Of a DNA stretch of 64,000 bases, positions 38,780-49,200 are shown piece after piece. Below the pieces are notes generated by a model. That model was not told the DNA's origin and ran no database searches. It was given only the letters and a program-made list of their open reading frames with translations. The translations under genes were made by a program, and so were the position numbers. Position 1 is the first letter of the stretch, and the number at the start of each line of letters is the position of its first letter. The stretch covers positions 5,888,001 to 5,952,000 of the forward strand of contig CBDETY010000003.1 of NCBI GenBank assembly GCA_965243025.1, read 5' to 3'. Source of the stretch: Candidatus Latescibacterota bacterium. Lineage in GTDB: Bacteria; Latescibacterota; UBA2968; UBA8231.

Positions 38780-39160
38780 CGCCTTTCGGACAGTGAGGGG
38801 GCGGCAGGGGATATTGCCTCCGGCGTTTTGTGAGGTCCCGGGCGCTCCGTTCCCCCCGGCCCGGCCCCCAACGTTCGTTGAGGTCCCCGGAGCGCCCTGC
38901 CCACCCCTTCCTCCCCTCACAAAACGCCTCCGACAACACCCCCTGCCGCGCCACTGGGACCGCGAGGGGGCGGCAGGGGGTGTTGCCTCCGGCGTTTTGT
39001 GAGATCCCGGGCGCTCCTGCCCCCGGCCCCGCCCCCCAACGTTCGTTGAGGTCCCCGGAGCGCCCTGCCCACCCCTTCCTCCCCTCACAAAACGCCTCCG
39101 ACAACACCCCCTGCCGCCTTTCGGACAGCGAGGGGGCGACAGGGGGTATTGCCTCCGGCG
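38780..39160. repeat. Tandem array of ~166-169 bp palindromic elements (2 full units plus a partial third), MITE/BIME-like
   Basis: Units start GCGGCAGGGG at 38801, 38970 and 39136 (the third as GCGACAGGGG). Each full unit is bounded by ~34-bp imperfect inverted repeats GCGGCAGGGG(G/A)T(G/A)TTGCCTCCGGCGTTTTGTGAG / CTCACAAAACGCCTCCGACAACACCCCCTGCCGC. Confidence 0.85.
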
Positions 39161-39304
39161 TAAGGCACTCTGGGAAGTTCCTTCACGCAGTCCGCCGATG
39201 CATTCCGACTCGCTGCGTTGGGGGGATGACCAACCCGCGGGCAGCGCGTCTTGCTCGCGTGTGAGGCGACACGGCGGTCTCGTTTCGCAGCATACGCGCA
39301 TGCA

Positions 39305-40327
39305 TCAGGCGCGGCTCGCTTCGACAAAGGAATCGACGTCTACCGGTACTCCTCCACGGCGGGAGGACTCCCGGGCGGCCAGGAGCGGCGCCAGGGTCTT
39401 CAGTCCGTCGCTGAAATCGCTGCGCAGCCCGCTGCCGCTGCCGCTGCGGATCGCCTCGATGAAGGTGCGGTCCAGCTCCCGCCAGGGCTGGAACTCCTCC
39501 GACACGTACACGGTCTCGCCGTTCATCTCGATGTGCGAGTAGCCGCGGTGGATCGCCAGGTACCCGCCCTCGTAGTAGAACAGGAACCAGGCCTCGTTCG
39601 CCGGCGACTCCGGCGAGGTATGGAGGAAGGTCATGCTCATGGTGGCGCCGTTGGAGAGGCGGAAGCTGCAGGGGGCCGACAGCGGCACCCGGTAGGGGCC
39701 GCGCTCGCAGAAGAATGCCTGCGCCGCCTCGACGTCGAGACCGCTGACGAAACGGACGTAGTCGATGGCGTGCGGCCCCCATCCCAGGAAATTGTCGTGG
39801 CCCTCGATGACGGTCTCCCAGCCCGGGGTTGCGGCGTCGGGGTCGGGGGGCGGCAGCGGGTCGACGCTCTGGAAGCGGACGTGGACGATCTCTTTGCCGG
39901 CGAGGCGCCGTTTCGCCTCCTGGAAGATCGGGCGGTAGCGCTCGCGGAAGCAGACGGTGCCGAGCAGGCCGTTGCGCTTCAGGGCGTCGTCGATCTCGAG
40001 GGCGGTCTTCATGTCGAGGGCCTGCGGCTTCTCGCAGAACAGGTGGGCCCCGTTCCCGGCAGCGGCGATCTCGACCGCGGGCCGCACCGCAGCCGGCACC
40101 ACCGACCACAGGGCGTCGAGGGATTCCCTCTCGACCATCTCGAGGCCGTCGGCGTAGGCCGCGGGGACAGCGAACTCCGAGGCCGCGGACCGGGCCTTGC
40201 CGCCGTCGATGTCGCAGACGGCGACGACCTCCGCGCCGGGGATGGATTTCAGGTTGGGAAGATGTTGGGTGACCGCGTGAGCGCCGGCGCCGAACATGCC
40301 GACGCGAACCCGGTCGGGAGCAGCCAT
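39305..40327 (-). CDS. Gfo/Idh/MocA family oxidoreductase
   Basis: VGMFGAG..A..HL, VVAVCD, HLFCEKP, GPHAID. Confidence 0.9.
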   Translation of the reverse strand: MAAPDRVRVGMFGAGAHAVTQHLPNLKSIPGAEVVAVCDIDGGKARSAASEFAVPAAYADGLEMVERESLDALWSVVPAAVRPAVEIAAAGNGAHLFCEKPQALDMKTALEIDDALKRNGLLGTVCFRERYRPIFQEAKRRLAGKEIVHVRFQSVDPLPPPDPDAATPGWETVIEGHDNFLGWGPHAIDYVRFVSGLDVEAAQAFFCERGPYRVPLSAPCSFRLSNGATMSMTFLHTSPESPANEAWFLFYYEGGYLAIHRGYSHIEMNGETVYVSEEFQPWRELDRTFIEAIRSGSGSGLRSDFSDGLKTLAPLLAARESSRRGGVPVDVDSFVEASRA

Positions 40328-40502
40328 GATCGATCCTTGTGCCGCTTGTATTGGGCGGGGGTTCGGGGGGCCTTCCTCCGGTGACATTTTCGGGTTGGCC
40401 GTCACCGCTGGCAGAGCGACCTCACCGGCGCTTTGTTGTTCAGGAACAGGCGTACCAACCACATTAGGACACCCGCGGTCAAGCAATCGGAAACGAGCCG
40501 GA

Positions 40503-42047
40503 ATGAAGCTGAAGGAATCGCTGGAGCTGGGGGGGCGCCACCTGCTCGGGTGGCTCGACCCGGAAAGGAACTGGCTGCCCACGGGAAGCTGGGCGATCAC
40601 CCACGACCTCGGGCGCTGGTGGGATGCCATGCTGCGCCTCGAGGACGCGACCGGGTTCGAGATCCCCGGGCACATGGAGGGGGCGAACCTGGCCAACCTG
40701 CACTGGCTCACCGACAACCCGGACGGGTTGCTCTGGGTTCCGCCCGGCCTCGACTGGCACCCGGTCAAGTTCGAGTTCCACAGCCTGCGCGAGGGGATCC
40801 TGACCTTCGCCGCCCTGGCGAAGTTCCGCGGCAGCGCCTGGGCCCGCCGCGCCGGCCGCCGCTACCTCGAAAGCATCGACAACGGCCTGGCCCCGGACTT
40901 CTCCTGGGACGTGGACAGGTTCGAATACGCCCGCCAATTCGAGCGGGCTGAAAATCAGCACCCCGGGCACACCCCCGAAAACGAGAACCGGTTCCAGAAG
41001 ACGGTGAGCCACGGCCGCTGCATCGAGGCGCTGGTCTGGTACTACCGCTGGACGGGAGACGACCTCGCCCTCGAGCTCGCCGAGCGCCTGTCGCGCTTCC
41101 ACCTCGACTACGCGGTCGCGGCCGACGGCCGCATCCCGGGTTACCTGATCGCCCCGGACAGCGCCCCGGGGGACCGCCAGTCCCACCTGTACACCCTGTG
41201 CGGGCTGTTGCTGTTCGGCCTGCTGACGCGCCAGCCGCGCTACGTCGACGCCGTGGTCAGGACGTACGAGGTCGGGGTGCCGGAGATCGTCAACGAGTGC
41301 GGGTGGGTCGCCCACGACCTCGGAGTTCTGCGCTTCCCCGACAGGACCGGGAACCCGCTGGCAAACACCGAATCGACCGGGGCCGCCGCCCGCCTCGCCC
41401 TGTGGATGGCGATGCACACCGGCAGGGCGGAGTGCTACGACGACGTCGAGCGCCTGGTGCGGGCGCGGCTGTTTCCCGGGCAGACCACCGAAGCGGACCG
41501 CCGCGGCAATCCCGGGGTCGAGATAGAGGACAAGGCGATCGGCGGCTGGGGGGCGAACGACTACCCGCACGCCGGCAAGGGGTTCAACCCGAGCGGCACC
41601 GCGGAAGTCGTGCACACCTTCAGCGCCGTCTACCGGAACGTCACCTCGCGTCAGGAGGCGGGGCTGTTCGTCAACATGCATTTCGACTGCGACGGGCCCG
41701 ACGCCGAGGTCGCGGTAACGCGCGACCGCGAGGCCGTGGTGACGGTCACCCCCCGGGTCGAGGACCACCTCTTCGTGCGCGTTCCCGGGTGGGCGGACCG
41801 GGTGCGCCTGTCGGTCGACGGCGAACCGGTGGAAGCGAACATGACCGGGGCCTGGGCATGCGTCCCGCGGCAGAGGCTGAGGCGGCGAAGCCGGGTGGTG
41901 CTGCGTTACGGGCTGCCGGAGAGACGGACCACGGAGACCATGCCGGCAGGGGACACCTACGAGTTCGCCTGGAGAGGGGACGAGATCGTCGGGGTGGCAC
42001 CTAACGACAAGCCGCTGCCGTTCTACCCGACGCTGAAGGTTCAGTGA
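40503..42047 (+). CDS. Hypothetical protein, GH127-like (alpha/alpha barrel + beta-sandwich) possible
   Basis: HDLGRWWDAML, LELAERL, YDDVERLVRARL, GLFVNMHF, LFVRVPGWA; similar in layout to beta-L-arabinofuranosidase-like proteins. Confidence 0.65.
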   Translation: MKLKESLELGGRHLLGWLDPERNWLPTGSWAITHDLGRWWDAMLRLEDATGFEIPGHMEGANLANLHWLTDNPDGLLWVPPGLDWHPVKFEFHSLREGILTFAALAKFRGSAWARRAGRRYLESIDNGLAPDFSWDVDRFEYARQFERAENQHPGHTPENENRFQKTVSHGRCIEALVWYYRWTGDDLALELAERLSRFHLDYAVAADGRIPGYLIAPDSAPGDRQSHLYTLCGLLLFGLLTRQPRYVDAVVRTYEVGVPEIVNECGWVAHDLGVLRFPDRTGNPLANTESTGAAARLALWMAMHTGRAECYDDVERLVRARLFPGQTTEADRRGNPGVEIEDKAIGGWGANDYPHAGKGFNPSGTAEVVHTFSAVYRNVTSRQEAGLFVNMHFDCDGPDAEVAVTRDREAVVTVTPRVEDHLFVRVPGWADRVRLSVDGEPVEANMTGAWACVPRQRLRRRSRVVLRYGLPERRTTETMPAGDTYEFAWRGDEIVGVAPNDKPLPFYPTLKVQ

Positions 42048-43156
42048 GCGACCGAGCCGTCGGCGTGAAAGAAGCCGCCGATCTTCACCGGCTCGAAGGG
42101 GATTTCCGCGCACGCCCTCTCGTCGATTTCGACGCCGATGCCGGGGCGTTCCCGTATCTCCCGGAATCCCCCTTCCTCGGCGAACGGCTCGTCGACCAGC
42201 TCGGCGGCGGTCCCCAAGTCACGCTGCGACTCCATGAAGGCGTAGTTGGGAATGGCCGCGGCGAGATGGGCGAAGGCGGCGCCGTTGACGGGGCTGCCCA
42301 TCAGGTGCGGGAACAGCTGCACGAGGGCGGACTCGGCCAACGCGGCGATCTTCTTCACCTGCGTGAAGCCGCCGGCCAGCGACAGGTCGGCGCGGATGAA
42401 GCTGGCGACCTTCCTGTCGATCAGCTCCTTGAACTGAAAGAAGCTGTAGCTGCGCTCGCCGACCGCCAGCGGAATGTCTATGTGGGCGGCGACGTACTCG
42501 AGGGCCTCCTCGCTCTCGGGGACCAGCGGGTCTTCGTAGAACTTGAGCCGGAACGGCCTCAGCTCGGCGGCGAGAGTGATCGCCTCGTCCGGCCTGAGGT
42601 TGCGGTGGATCTCCACCCCGAGATCGACGCGGTCCCCGGCAGCCTCGCGAGCGGCCGCGACCATGGCGACGGCGTCGTCGACGACCTCGGCGGAGGTCCG
42701 CTGCTCGAAGCCGGGGAAGAAGGGACCGAGCCGCAGGGTGGTGTAGCCGGCGGCGACCGCCTGCCGCGCCGACTCGCCGACCTCCTCGAGGGAGGAGCCG
42801 CCGATGCCGCCGAACACCGCGACCTTGTCGCGGCACTTGCCTCCGAGCAGCTGGTAGACCGGCAGCCCGGCCTCCTTGCCGAGGATGTCCCAGAGGGCGA
42901 CGTCGATGGCGCTGAGAGCGGCGCTCAGCACCGATCCGGTGAAATGGGCGCTTCGGGAGACCGTCTGGAAATGGTGCTCGATCCGGCGCGGGTCCTTGCC
43001 GACGAAATACTCGGCCAGCTCCTCGATGGCGGCGGCGACCACCGGGTGGTGGGCCCACAGCCCGGCCTCGCCGTTGCCGACGAGGTCCCTATCGGTGTAC
43101 ACGCGAACCAGCAGGCAGCGGCCGGTGAGGAAGCTCTTGATGCGGGTGATCTTCAT
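42041..43156 (-). CDS. Mandelate racemase/galactonate dehydratase-like enolase-superfamily enzyme
   Basis: MKITRIK, VGNGE, SAIDVALWDILGK..GLPVYQLLGG, EIH, YEDP, VGER, PH, PGIG. Confidence 0.9.
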   Translation of the reverse strand: MKITRIKSFLTGRCLLVRVYTDRDLVGNGEAGLWAHHPVVAAAIEELAEYFVGKDPRRIEHHFQTVSRSAHFTGSVLSAALSAIDVALWDILGKEAGLPVYQLLGGKCRDKVAVFGGIGGSSLEEVGESARQAVAAGYTTLRLGPFFPGFEQRTSAEVVDDAVAMVAAAREAAGDRVDLGVEIHRNLRPDEAITLAAELRPFRLKFYEDPLVPESEEALEYVAAHIDIPLAVGERSYSFFQFKELIDRKVASFIRADLSLAGGFTQVKKIAALAESALVQLFPHLMGSPVNGAAFAHLAAAIPNYAFMESQRDLGTAAELVDEPFAEEGGFREIRERPGIGVEIDERACAEIPFEPVKIGGFFHADGSVAH

Positions 43157-43552
43157 GGGGGACAACCGCGGGTGCTTTGGGGTTTGGGACAGCAGCGGGG
43201 TGCCGATGGTACGGATCGATCAGGGGTGCTGCAAGCAAGGGTCCATCCGTTGCAGGTCGTCCGGGAGTTGCAGAGTTCGATGCAACCAGTGAGGCGCCCG
43301 ACACGGGGTTTGGCGTTTCGCGTCCATCGCCTGCCGAGTCTACGGGACCCACTCAATGCATTTTGACCTTCGACTCCCGGCAATCGCCCTTGTGGTGGGA
43401 ATATTTCCCCGCCGGCGACGTGGAGGACGAGGAGGACCCGCAGGGCTACTGCGGGTTCACCAGGATGGGCTGAGCGGAATGCAAACGATGGGCGATTGCA
43501 TCACCAGTTGCATACAATATGCCTCCATAAATGCCAGCACAGGAGGACGCCA

Positions 43553-43797
43553 ATGCAGACCACTGTCAGAGGGATTCCATCGGATCTCGAACACCAGCTT
43601 CGAGAACGGGCCCGCGCGTCGGGCGAGAGCCTGAATCGAACCCTCATCCGCCTGCTGCGGGAAGCCGTGGGCCGGAATCCGACCCGCAAGAAGAGGGACC
43701 TGTCGGCCCTGGCCGGCACCTGGAGCCAGGAGGAGGCCGATGAGTTCGACCGCGAGGTCCGCCAGTTCGGGAGATCGATGACGAGTTGTGGGGATGA
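43553..43797 (+). pseudogene. FitA-like ribbon-helix-helix antitoxin, frameshifted near the 3' end
   Basis: AGGAGG RBS; MQTTVRGIP..L...LRERA..SG.SLN...DLSALAGTWS.EEA.EFD. Adding one G at 43769-43771 restores the usual FGEIDDELWG* end overlapping the toxin ATG. Confidence 0.75.
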
Positions 43798-44003
43798 GCC
43801 GGCTATACGTCGGTCCGCAACGTAGACGAGGGAGTCGCCGAACGATACGGCCATCTGGTCAAGCAACTGCGAGAGCAGGGGAACGCCGATCCCGGACCAA
43901 CGATATCTGGATCGCGGCGACCGCGCTCGAATCCGGTGCCCGTCTACTGACCTATGACTCCCATTTCACCCACGTCGCCGGAATCATGACGGAGTCGCCC
44001 TGA
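43794..44003 (+). pseudogene. vapC: Degenerate VapC (PIN) toxin
   Basis: MSRLYV, then VDEGVAERYGHLVKQLREQG / TPIP / TNDIWIAATALESGARLLTYDSHF in shifting frames. It has a large internal deletion and two +1 shifts. Confidence 0.75.
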
Positions 44004-44163
44004 GAGCGCCGTCCGAACTCACTGGCTCTCCGTGGTCCACGTGGTCACCATGCCCGGCCATCTTCTGCCCATCGTGCTGGAGGTCCTCGACCGCGGCGGT
44101 CATCTCTCTTGGGGAGGGTGGCATTTTGCCCCGGATCACTTCTCTCCGGTAATGTGGTTCCCT

Positions 44164-45102
44164 TTACCTGTGGTAGCGGATGCGGGCTACGGCCCCACGA
44201 GCAGCAAGCTGGCCCCGGGCATAGTGACCGGGCATCGCCGGCGACCGCCAGCGGCCGGCTGTCTGCATTTCGGCAATCGAAGCGCCGCCGGCAGCGAGAG
44301 ACTCAGCGCCGCCGACGCGCAGGGAGTGACCGGAAACCCCACTCACGCCAGCGGCCATGCATCGGTGTTTGATGATCTGTCGGACGCTTACGGTGCTCAG
44401 TTCCTTCTCGCCCCCGACTTTTCCGCCTCGATGAAGGCGGCGAAACAGCGGCCCACGCGTAATCCTGGACGCTTCCAGCCACGCCTTGACCCTGCCCATG
44501 GTAGGGGGACCGAGGTAGAGCACGACTCCGACCCCTTCCTGGTCCGTCTTCGAGTGGCGGATGGTAACGCGGCCGCCATCCGGTTCGAAAGCGAGATCGT
44601 GGACCTGGAGGGCTACCAGCTCGGAGACGCGCAGCAAGCCGTCGGACATGACCGAGATGATCGCCGCATCGCGCAGACCCTGGATGGAACCTTCGCCGGC
44701 GGCGAGAGCCGCGACGGCCTCGGCTTGCGAGAAATTCACGCCGTTCACCTGACCTCGTCCCCTTCCCCGCCCCTGGCGCCGGATCCCGGCAAGGACCCGG
44801 TTGGTCCGGGATCCTACCGGCGGTGGAAGGTCCTGCAGCTTGGCCCGGAACTTTAGCGCGGCGACTACCTGGGAGCAGGTCGCAGGCGACTTCCTGGCAT
44901 CGTAGAGGGCGGCGAGGTAGTTGGCAACGACGGTATCGGTGACGGGGTTGTCGCCGATCGCCTGGTCGAATCTCGCCAGCGCCGACTTGTATGCCCGCCT
45001 GGTGTTGGCGGAAATACTGGCTTCGACGAGCTCGAGGGCCTGACTGGAGGCAGTGAGCGACTGCCCTTGTTTGACGGCGACTAGTGCGGTGTGAGTGCTC
45101 AT
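44164..45102 (-). CDS. Tyrosine recombinase/integrase, Cre-like
   Basis: SANTRRAY N-domain; catalytic set RDAAII..GLLRVSEL, KTDQEG, HSLRVGGA, GRWRS, HYAR. Confidence 0.92.
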   Translation of the reverse strand: MSTHTALVAVKQGQSLTASSQALELVEASISANTRRAYKSALARFDQAIGDNPVTDTVVANYLAALYDARKSPATCSQVVAALKFRAKLQDLPPPVGSRTNRVLAGIRRQGRGRGRGQVNGVNFSQAEAVAALAAGEGSIQGLRDAAIISVMSDGLLRVSELVALQVHDLAFEPDGGRVTIRHSKTDQEGVGVVLYLGPPTMGRVKAWLEASRITRGPLFRRLHRGGKVGGEKELSTVSVRQIIKHRCMAAGVSGVSGHSLRVGGAESLAAGGASIAEMQTAGRWRSPAMPGHYARGQLAARGAVARIRYHR

Positions 45103-46203
45103 TTCATGTGCATGCGAAAAGCTGTCCTCCAGAAGGAGCTGACACCCCAGCGGCTCAGTGAAGGAGATCCAAGCTATTTAACTCCAAAGGTTCCCGTTCA
45201 GTTCCCTGGAAAATCGGGGCCGGGAGGTATGGTCTCGATCCTAGTGCTCTGTTAGGATTTCGGGCCGGTTAGTTTTTCGCACGTCGCTGTATCATTGGGA
45301 CAAATTTCGGGTTTCCGAGAAGTATTCTGTCATGGGTCTCATGCTAGAATACAGAAACGTCGGCTAATGCGATCTAAAAAGTTGGTTTCTGTACTGGGAA
45401 GGCTGCCGAAGTGGGAGGCTCAGGAGAACCGCCGTCAGCGGTTTTCACAGAGGTGCCAGGCGACCTTGTTGTCCGGTGCCCGGCGCTTACAAAATCCAAC
45501 TATTGGCGAAGTAGGATCCACTCGGGACGGACGCAGAAACTTAAATCAAAACGCGATCAATAATTATCAAATGTTATAAACATGATTTTTATAAGATCGG
45601 TTAAACAAGCTATTTACCGACCTTTCCTCGAAAGGTTCGATAATCCTGCCGTAAATGTCAAGCACTTTTTTCACCCAAACCCGTTGACAAGCCGACTCGG
45701 AACGGGAGCAGGACAGAACCTGACCGACCAGCTACCAGAACAGCGCCTTAAACGACCGCTACCTCTCCTCCCGGCCGTACGGCAATCGTCGGATCGACCC
45801 TCGTAGTGACCCCATCCCGGGCGCATGTGTTCGCTCCTGCCCACCAACGGCCGGCTCTCCGGACTCCAGGCCTCACCCGCCCTTCGAGAAGGGCTCGGCC
45901 GACTCGGAGACCCCGAAGCTGCACCGCGAGGCGGAGCCACTTCGGTCCAGTCAACAGATCCAAGGACAAGGCACATTCCGTGCCAGAGAGGGAGGACCGC
46001 GGAAGGAAGATCTTTGAGAGTCCTTCAGGGAGGCCCTAAAGGACTGAAATCTTTACTACTTAGAATGGTACTGAGGGTGGTGTTTGCCCTGGTTTCGTCA
46101 GTGGGGTCGTTTGAATACCGATGCCACCGGGTCGGTTTTCGTGTACGGTGTCGTATTCCTCATACGATTTCGTATTCGTCTTCGTATTCGTCCGGTTTTC
46201 TCT

Positions 46204-49200
46204 TCAGGACACCCCCCAGTGCCTCTTCAATCCATACACGCGCATTCGGGAACGAAGCCGCTCCGGGTTCATTCCCAGCAGTTTCGCCGCACCTTTCTCT
46301 CCGTAGATCCGGCCTTTCGAGGCTTGAAGGGCTTTGAGGATCTGCAGCTTTTCGTCCCCTTCTTCACAGGGCTGATCGGACGGTGAGAGAGACACCGGTC
46401 CGCCCTGCCCTTCGTCTTCCACCGGCAACGACACATGGGCGACTTCCAGGATTTCGCCCTCGGAAAGCATCACCGCCCGCCGTATCAGATGCTGCAACTC
46501 GCGCACGTTCCCCGGCCAGGAGTGCTCCTGCAGGTACCCCAGAGCCTCCTCGCTCAGGGTCGGCACCGGGCCCGGCAGCTGCCGGGAGTACTCGGCGGCG
46601 AAATGCGCCGTCAGGACCGGGATCTCCTCGCGGCGGTCCCGCAAGGGAGGGATGAGCACCGGGAACGTTCTCAAGCGGTAGTACAGGTCCGCTCGGAAGG
46701 TCTCTTCCCGGATCATCCTGTCCAGGTCCCGGTTGGTTGCGGCGATCACCCGTACGTCCACCTGCACGGAGTTCCTTCCACCCACTCGTCTCAGCAGCCC
46801 ATCCTCCAGGATGTTGAGCAAGGCCTGCTGCCCGGCGGGCGGCATATCCCCGATTTCATCGAGAAACAAGGTGCCTCCATGCGCTTGTTCGAAAAGACCA
46901 ATCCTCCGCATCCCCGCACCGGTAAAGGCCCCCTTCTCATGTCCGAACAATTCACTTTCTACCAACGTGGAGGTCAGCGAACCGCAATTGACCTGGACAA
47001 AGGCCCTATTCCGGCGCGGGCTCAGGTCATGGATCTGGCGGGCAACCAGACCCTTGCCCGTACCCGTTTCTCCCCGCAACAGCACGGTCATGTCGGTCTC
47101 GGCCACCCGCCGGAGTTGCGACAGGAGCCCGACTAGGGTCGGACCGTAGCCCGGGACCGCTTCAACCGGGGGCCGCTGCTCACGCTCCGGCTGCCGGAGA
47201 CCCTCGTTGCGGGTCTCCGGGACCACCCGAACCTGCAGGTGGGCTGCCTCTGACAGGATGCCTTGGGGGTCGCGGGTCCGCACCCCGAAGAGATATTCGC
47301 CCACCGGCAGGTCGCGATACGACACCCATTTGGCGGGCGTGAACTCACTCCACTCCTCTGTCGGACCGTGGCCTGCCAGCCGATGGCTGTAGAGCATTTC
47401 CCCTTCGTCGATCTGGAAGCGAAGGCCCTGGAAATGGATCTCGACTTCAGCGGTGTCCTTCGGAAAGGACACCGCTTCGGGGGCCTCCAGAAGTCGCCCA
47501 TCCAACGCCTGGCGGATCACGATTCCCGGGGGGACCGGGCGGGGCCGGTACACGGTCAGTCCCCCTTGGGTGCCAAACCACATCCGTCCCCGGCGATCGC
47601 ACAGAATGGCATTGACCTGACTCTCCCGCGAGGACTCACCGAGATGGATGCGGTGGAAGGCCTCGCCCTTGTAATTCAGGGCTCCTCCGCCGTTGGTCCC
47701 GATCCACAGCCGTCCCTGCCGGTCGGTCCCCAAGGACGTGACACAATTGGCCGGAAGCCCCTGGTCCATGGTATACCGGCGTACCTCCTTGGAGCCCAGG
47801 TCGACCGAAAACAGCCCGCTTGGCGCCCCAACCCAGAGCAGGCCCTCGTGCTCGCACAAGGCGTTCACCGCGTAAGCCGCTTCCAGGCCGGGGAAATCCG
47901 ACGCATGGAGACGATGAGTTCTGTCCTTGTAGTACAAGGACGGACTTTCCTCGTCTGTTCCGATCCAGAGGACGCCTTCGCTATCCTGAATCATGGTCCG
48001 GCATCTTTGGGGCAACCGCTCTTTCAGCGCCGCGAAGCGGTCCTCTTCGATGTACCCGAGGATCCCATGAGAGGTGCAGACCCACAGGCGCCCGGTCCGG
48101 TCCTGGCACAGCCCCACGATGACTTCGAGGTTGTCCTCAGTCCGCACGGGGATCACCCGGGGTTCCCTGGCCCTCTTGGACACCTTCCCTTCCGAGTCCC
48201 CGATCCAGAGCGTTCCCTGTCGGTCTGCCTCCATCACAAAGACCACAGGCCCCGAATTCGTCGAATGGATCTCGTCCTCTTCGAAGCAGGCCGTCCCTCC
48301 ATCGGTACCGATCCAGATTTGGCCCCGGCGGTCTTCGGCCAGACACGTGACTTTGCTGTGCGGCAGGCCGTCGGCTTCCGTGTAGCGCACGACAGCGGGC
48401 TGACTGAAAAAGGCGAGTCCGCCGCCGTAGGATCCGACCCAGATGTTCCCTTCGCGGTCCTCGTACGACATGCGGGTATTGGAGAAGTCGGCATCGGGAA
48501 AACGGGCGGAGAAGGGATGCCATTCCTGCCCGTCGTACACCAGCACGCCCCGGCGGACCATCCACAGCCGGCCCCTGTCGTCCGGGCGAAGGTGCCGTAT
48601 TCCGGGAGCCACGATCTCCGCCGCCTCGGAGGGGGCGTTCACCTCGACGAAGTCGAGATGCCGGCTTTGCGGATCGTAGCGGCCGACCCCGGCATCCTTC
48701 TTTCCGTGGCGGGACGCAATCCAAAGCAGGCCGTCCGCGTCTTTCGCCAATTTCCAGGCCCAGTTCCAGGCACCGCCTTCGGCAAAGACCGGGCTCAGGC
48801 AGCGACCGTCCAGGCTTATGATCCCCAGGGTCCGCGTGGCCAGCCAGGTCGTGCCCGTCGAGTCGGTGACCAGGTCGTGCACGCGGCCGAGGGGTTGGCC
48901 CCCGATGTGAGTAGTGCAGTCCACGCACGCCCCCCCGGCGAAGCGGCCGATGCCGGCGCCCGTAAGCAGGCGCATGGAGCCGTCGGCCTGCGGCTGCAGG
49001 CCCAGAATTTCATTGGACGGCAGCCCGTGCTCGGTGGTGTACACCTCGAATCTCCGTCCATCGAATAAGGCCAGTCCCCCGCCGAACGTTCCGAACCACA
49101 GCCGCCCGTCCGCGTCCTCGGCAATGGCCATCACCGCGAAATCGGGCAAGCCGTCCGAGGGCCGGAAGTTCTCGAAGGCCTCCCCGTCGAACCGGCTCAC

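Noticed and set aside
38780-39160. Possible CRISPR array
   Set aside because: The units are ~168 bp with conserved interiors rather than unique spacers, and there are no cas genes in the window.
43465-43530. A second TGA-xx-TGC (U-A-E-C) after the 43177..43473 ORF
   Set aside because: The read-through runs into the AT-rich antitoxin promoter, with no recognisable family or hairpin; probably chance.
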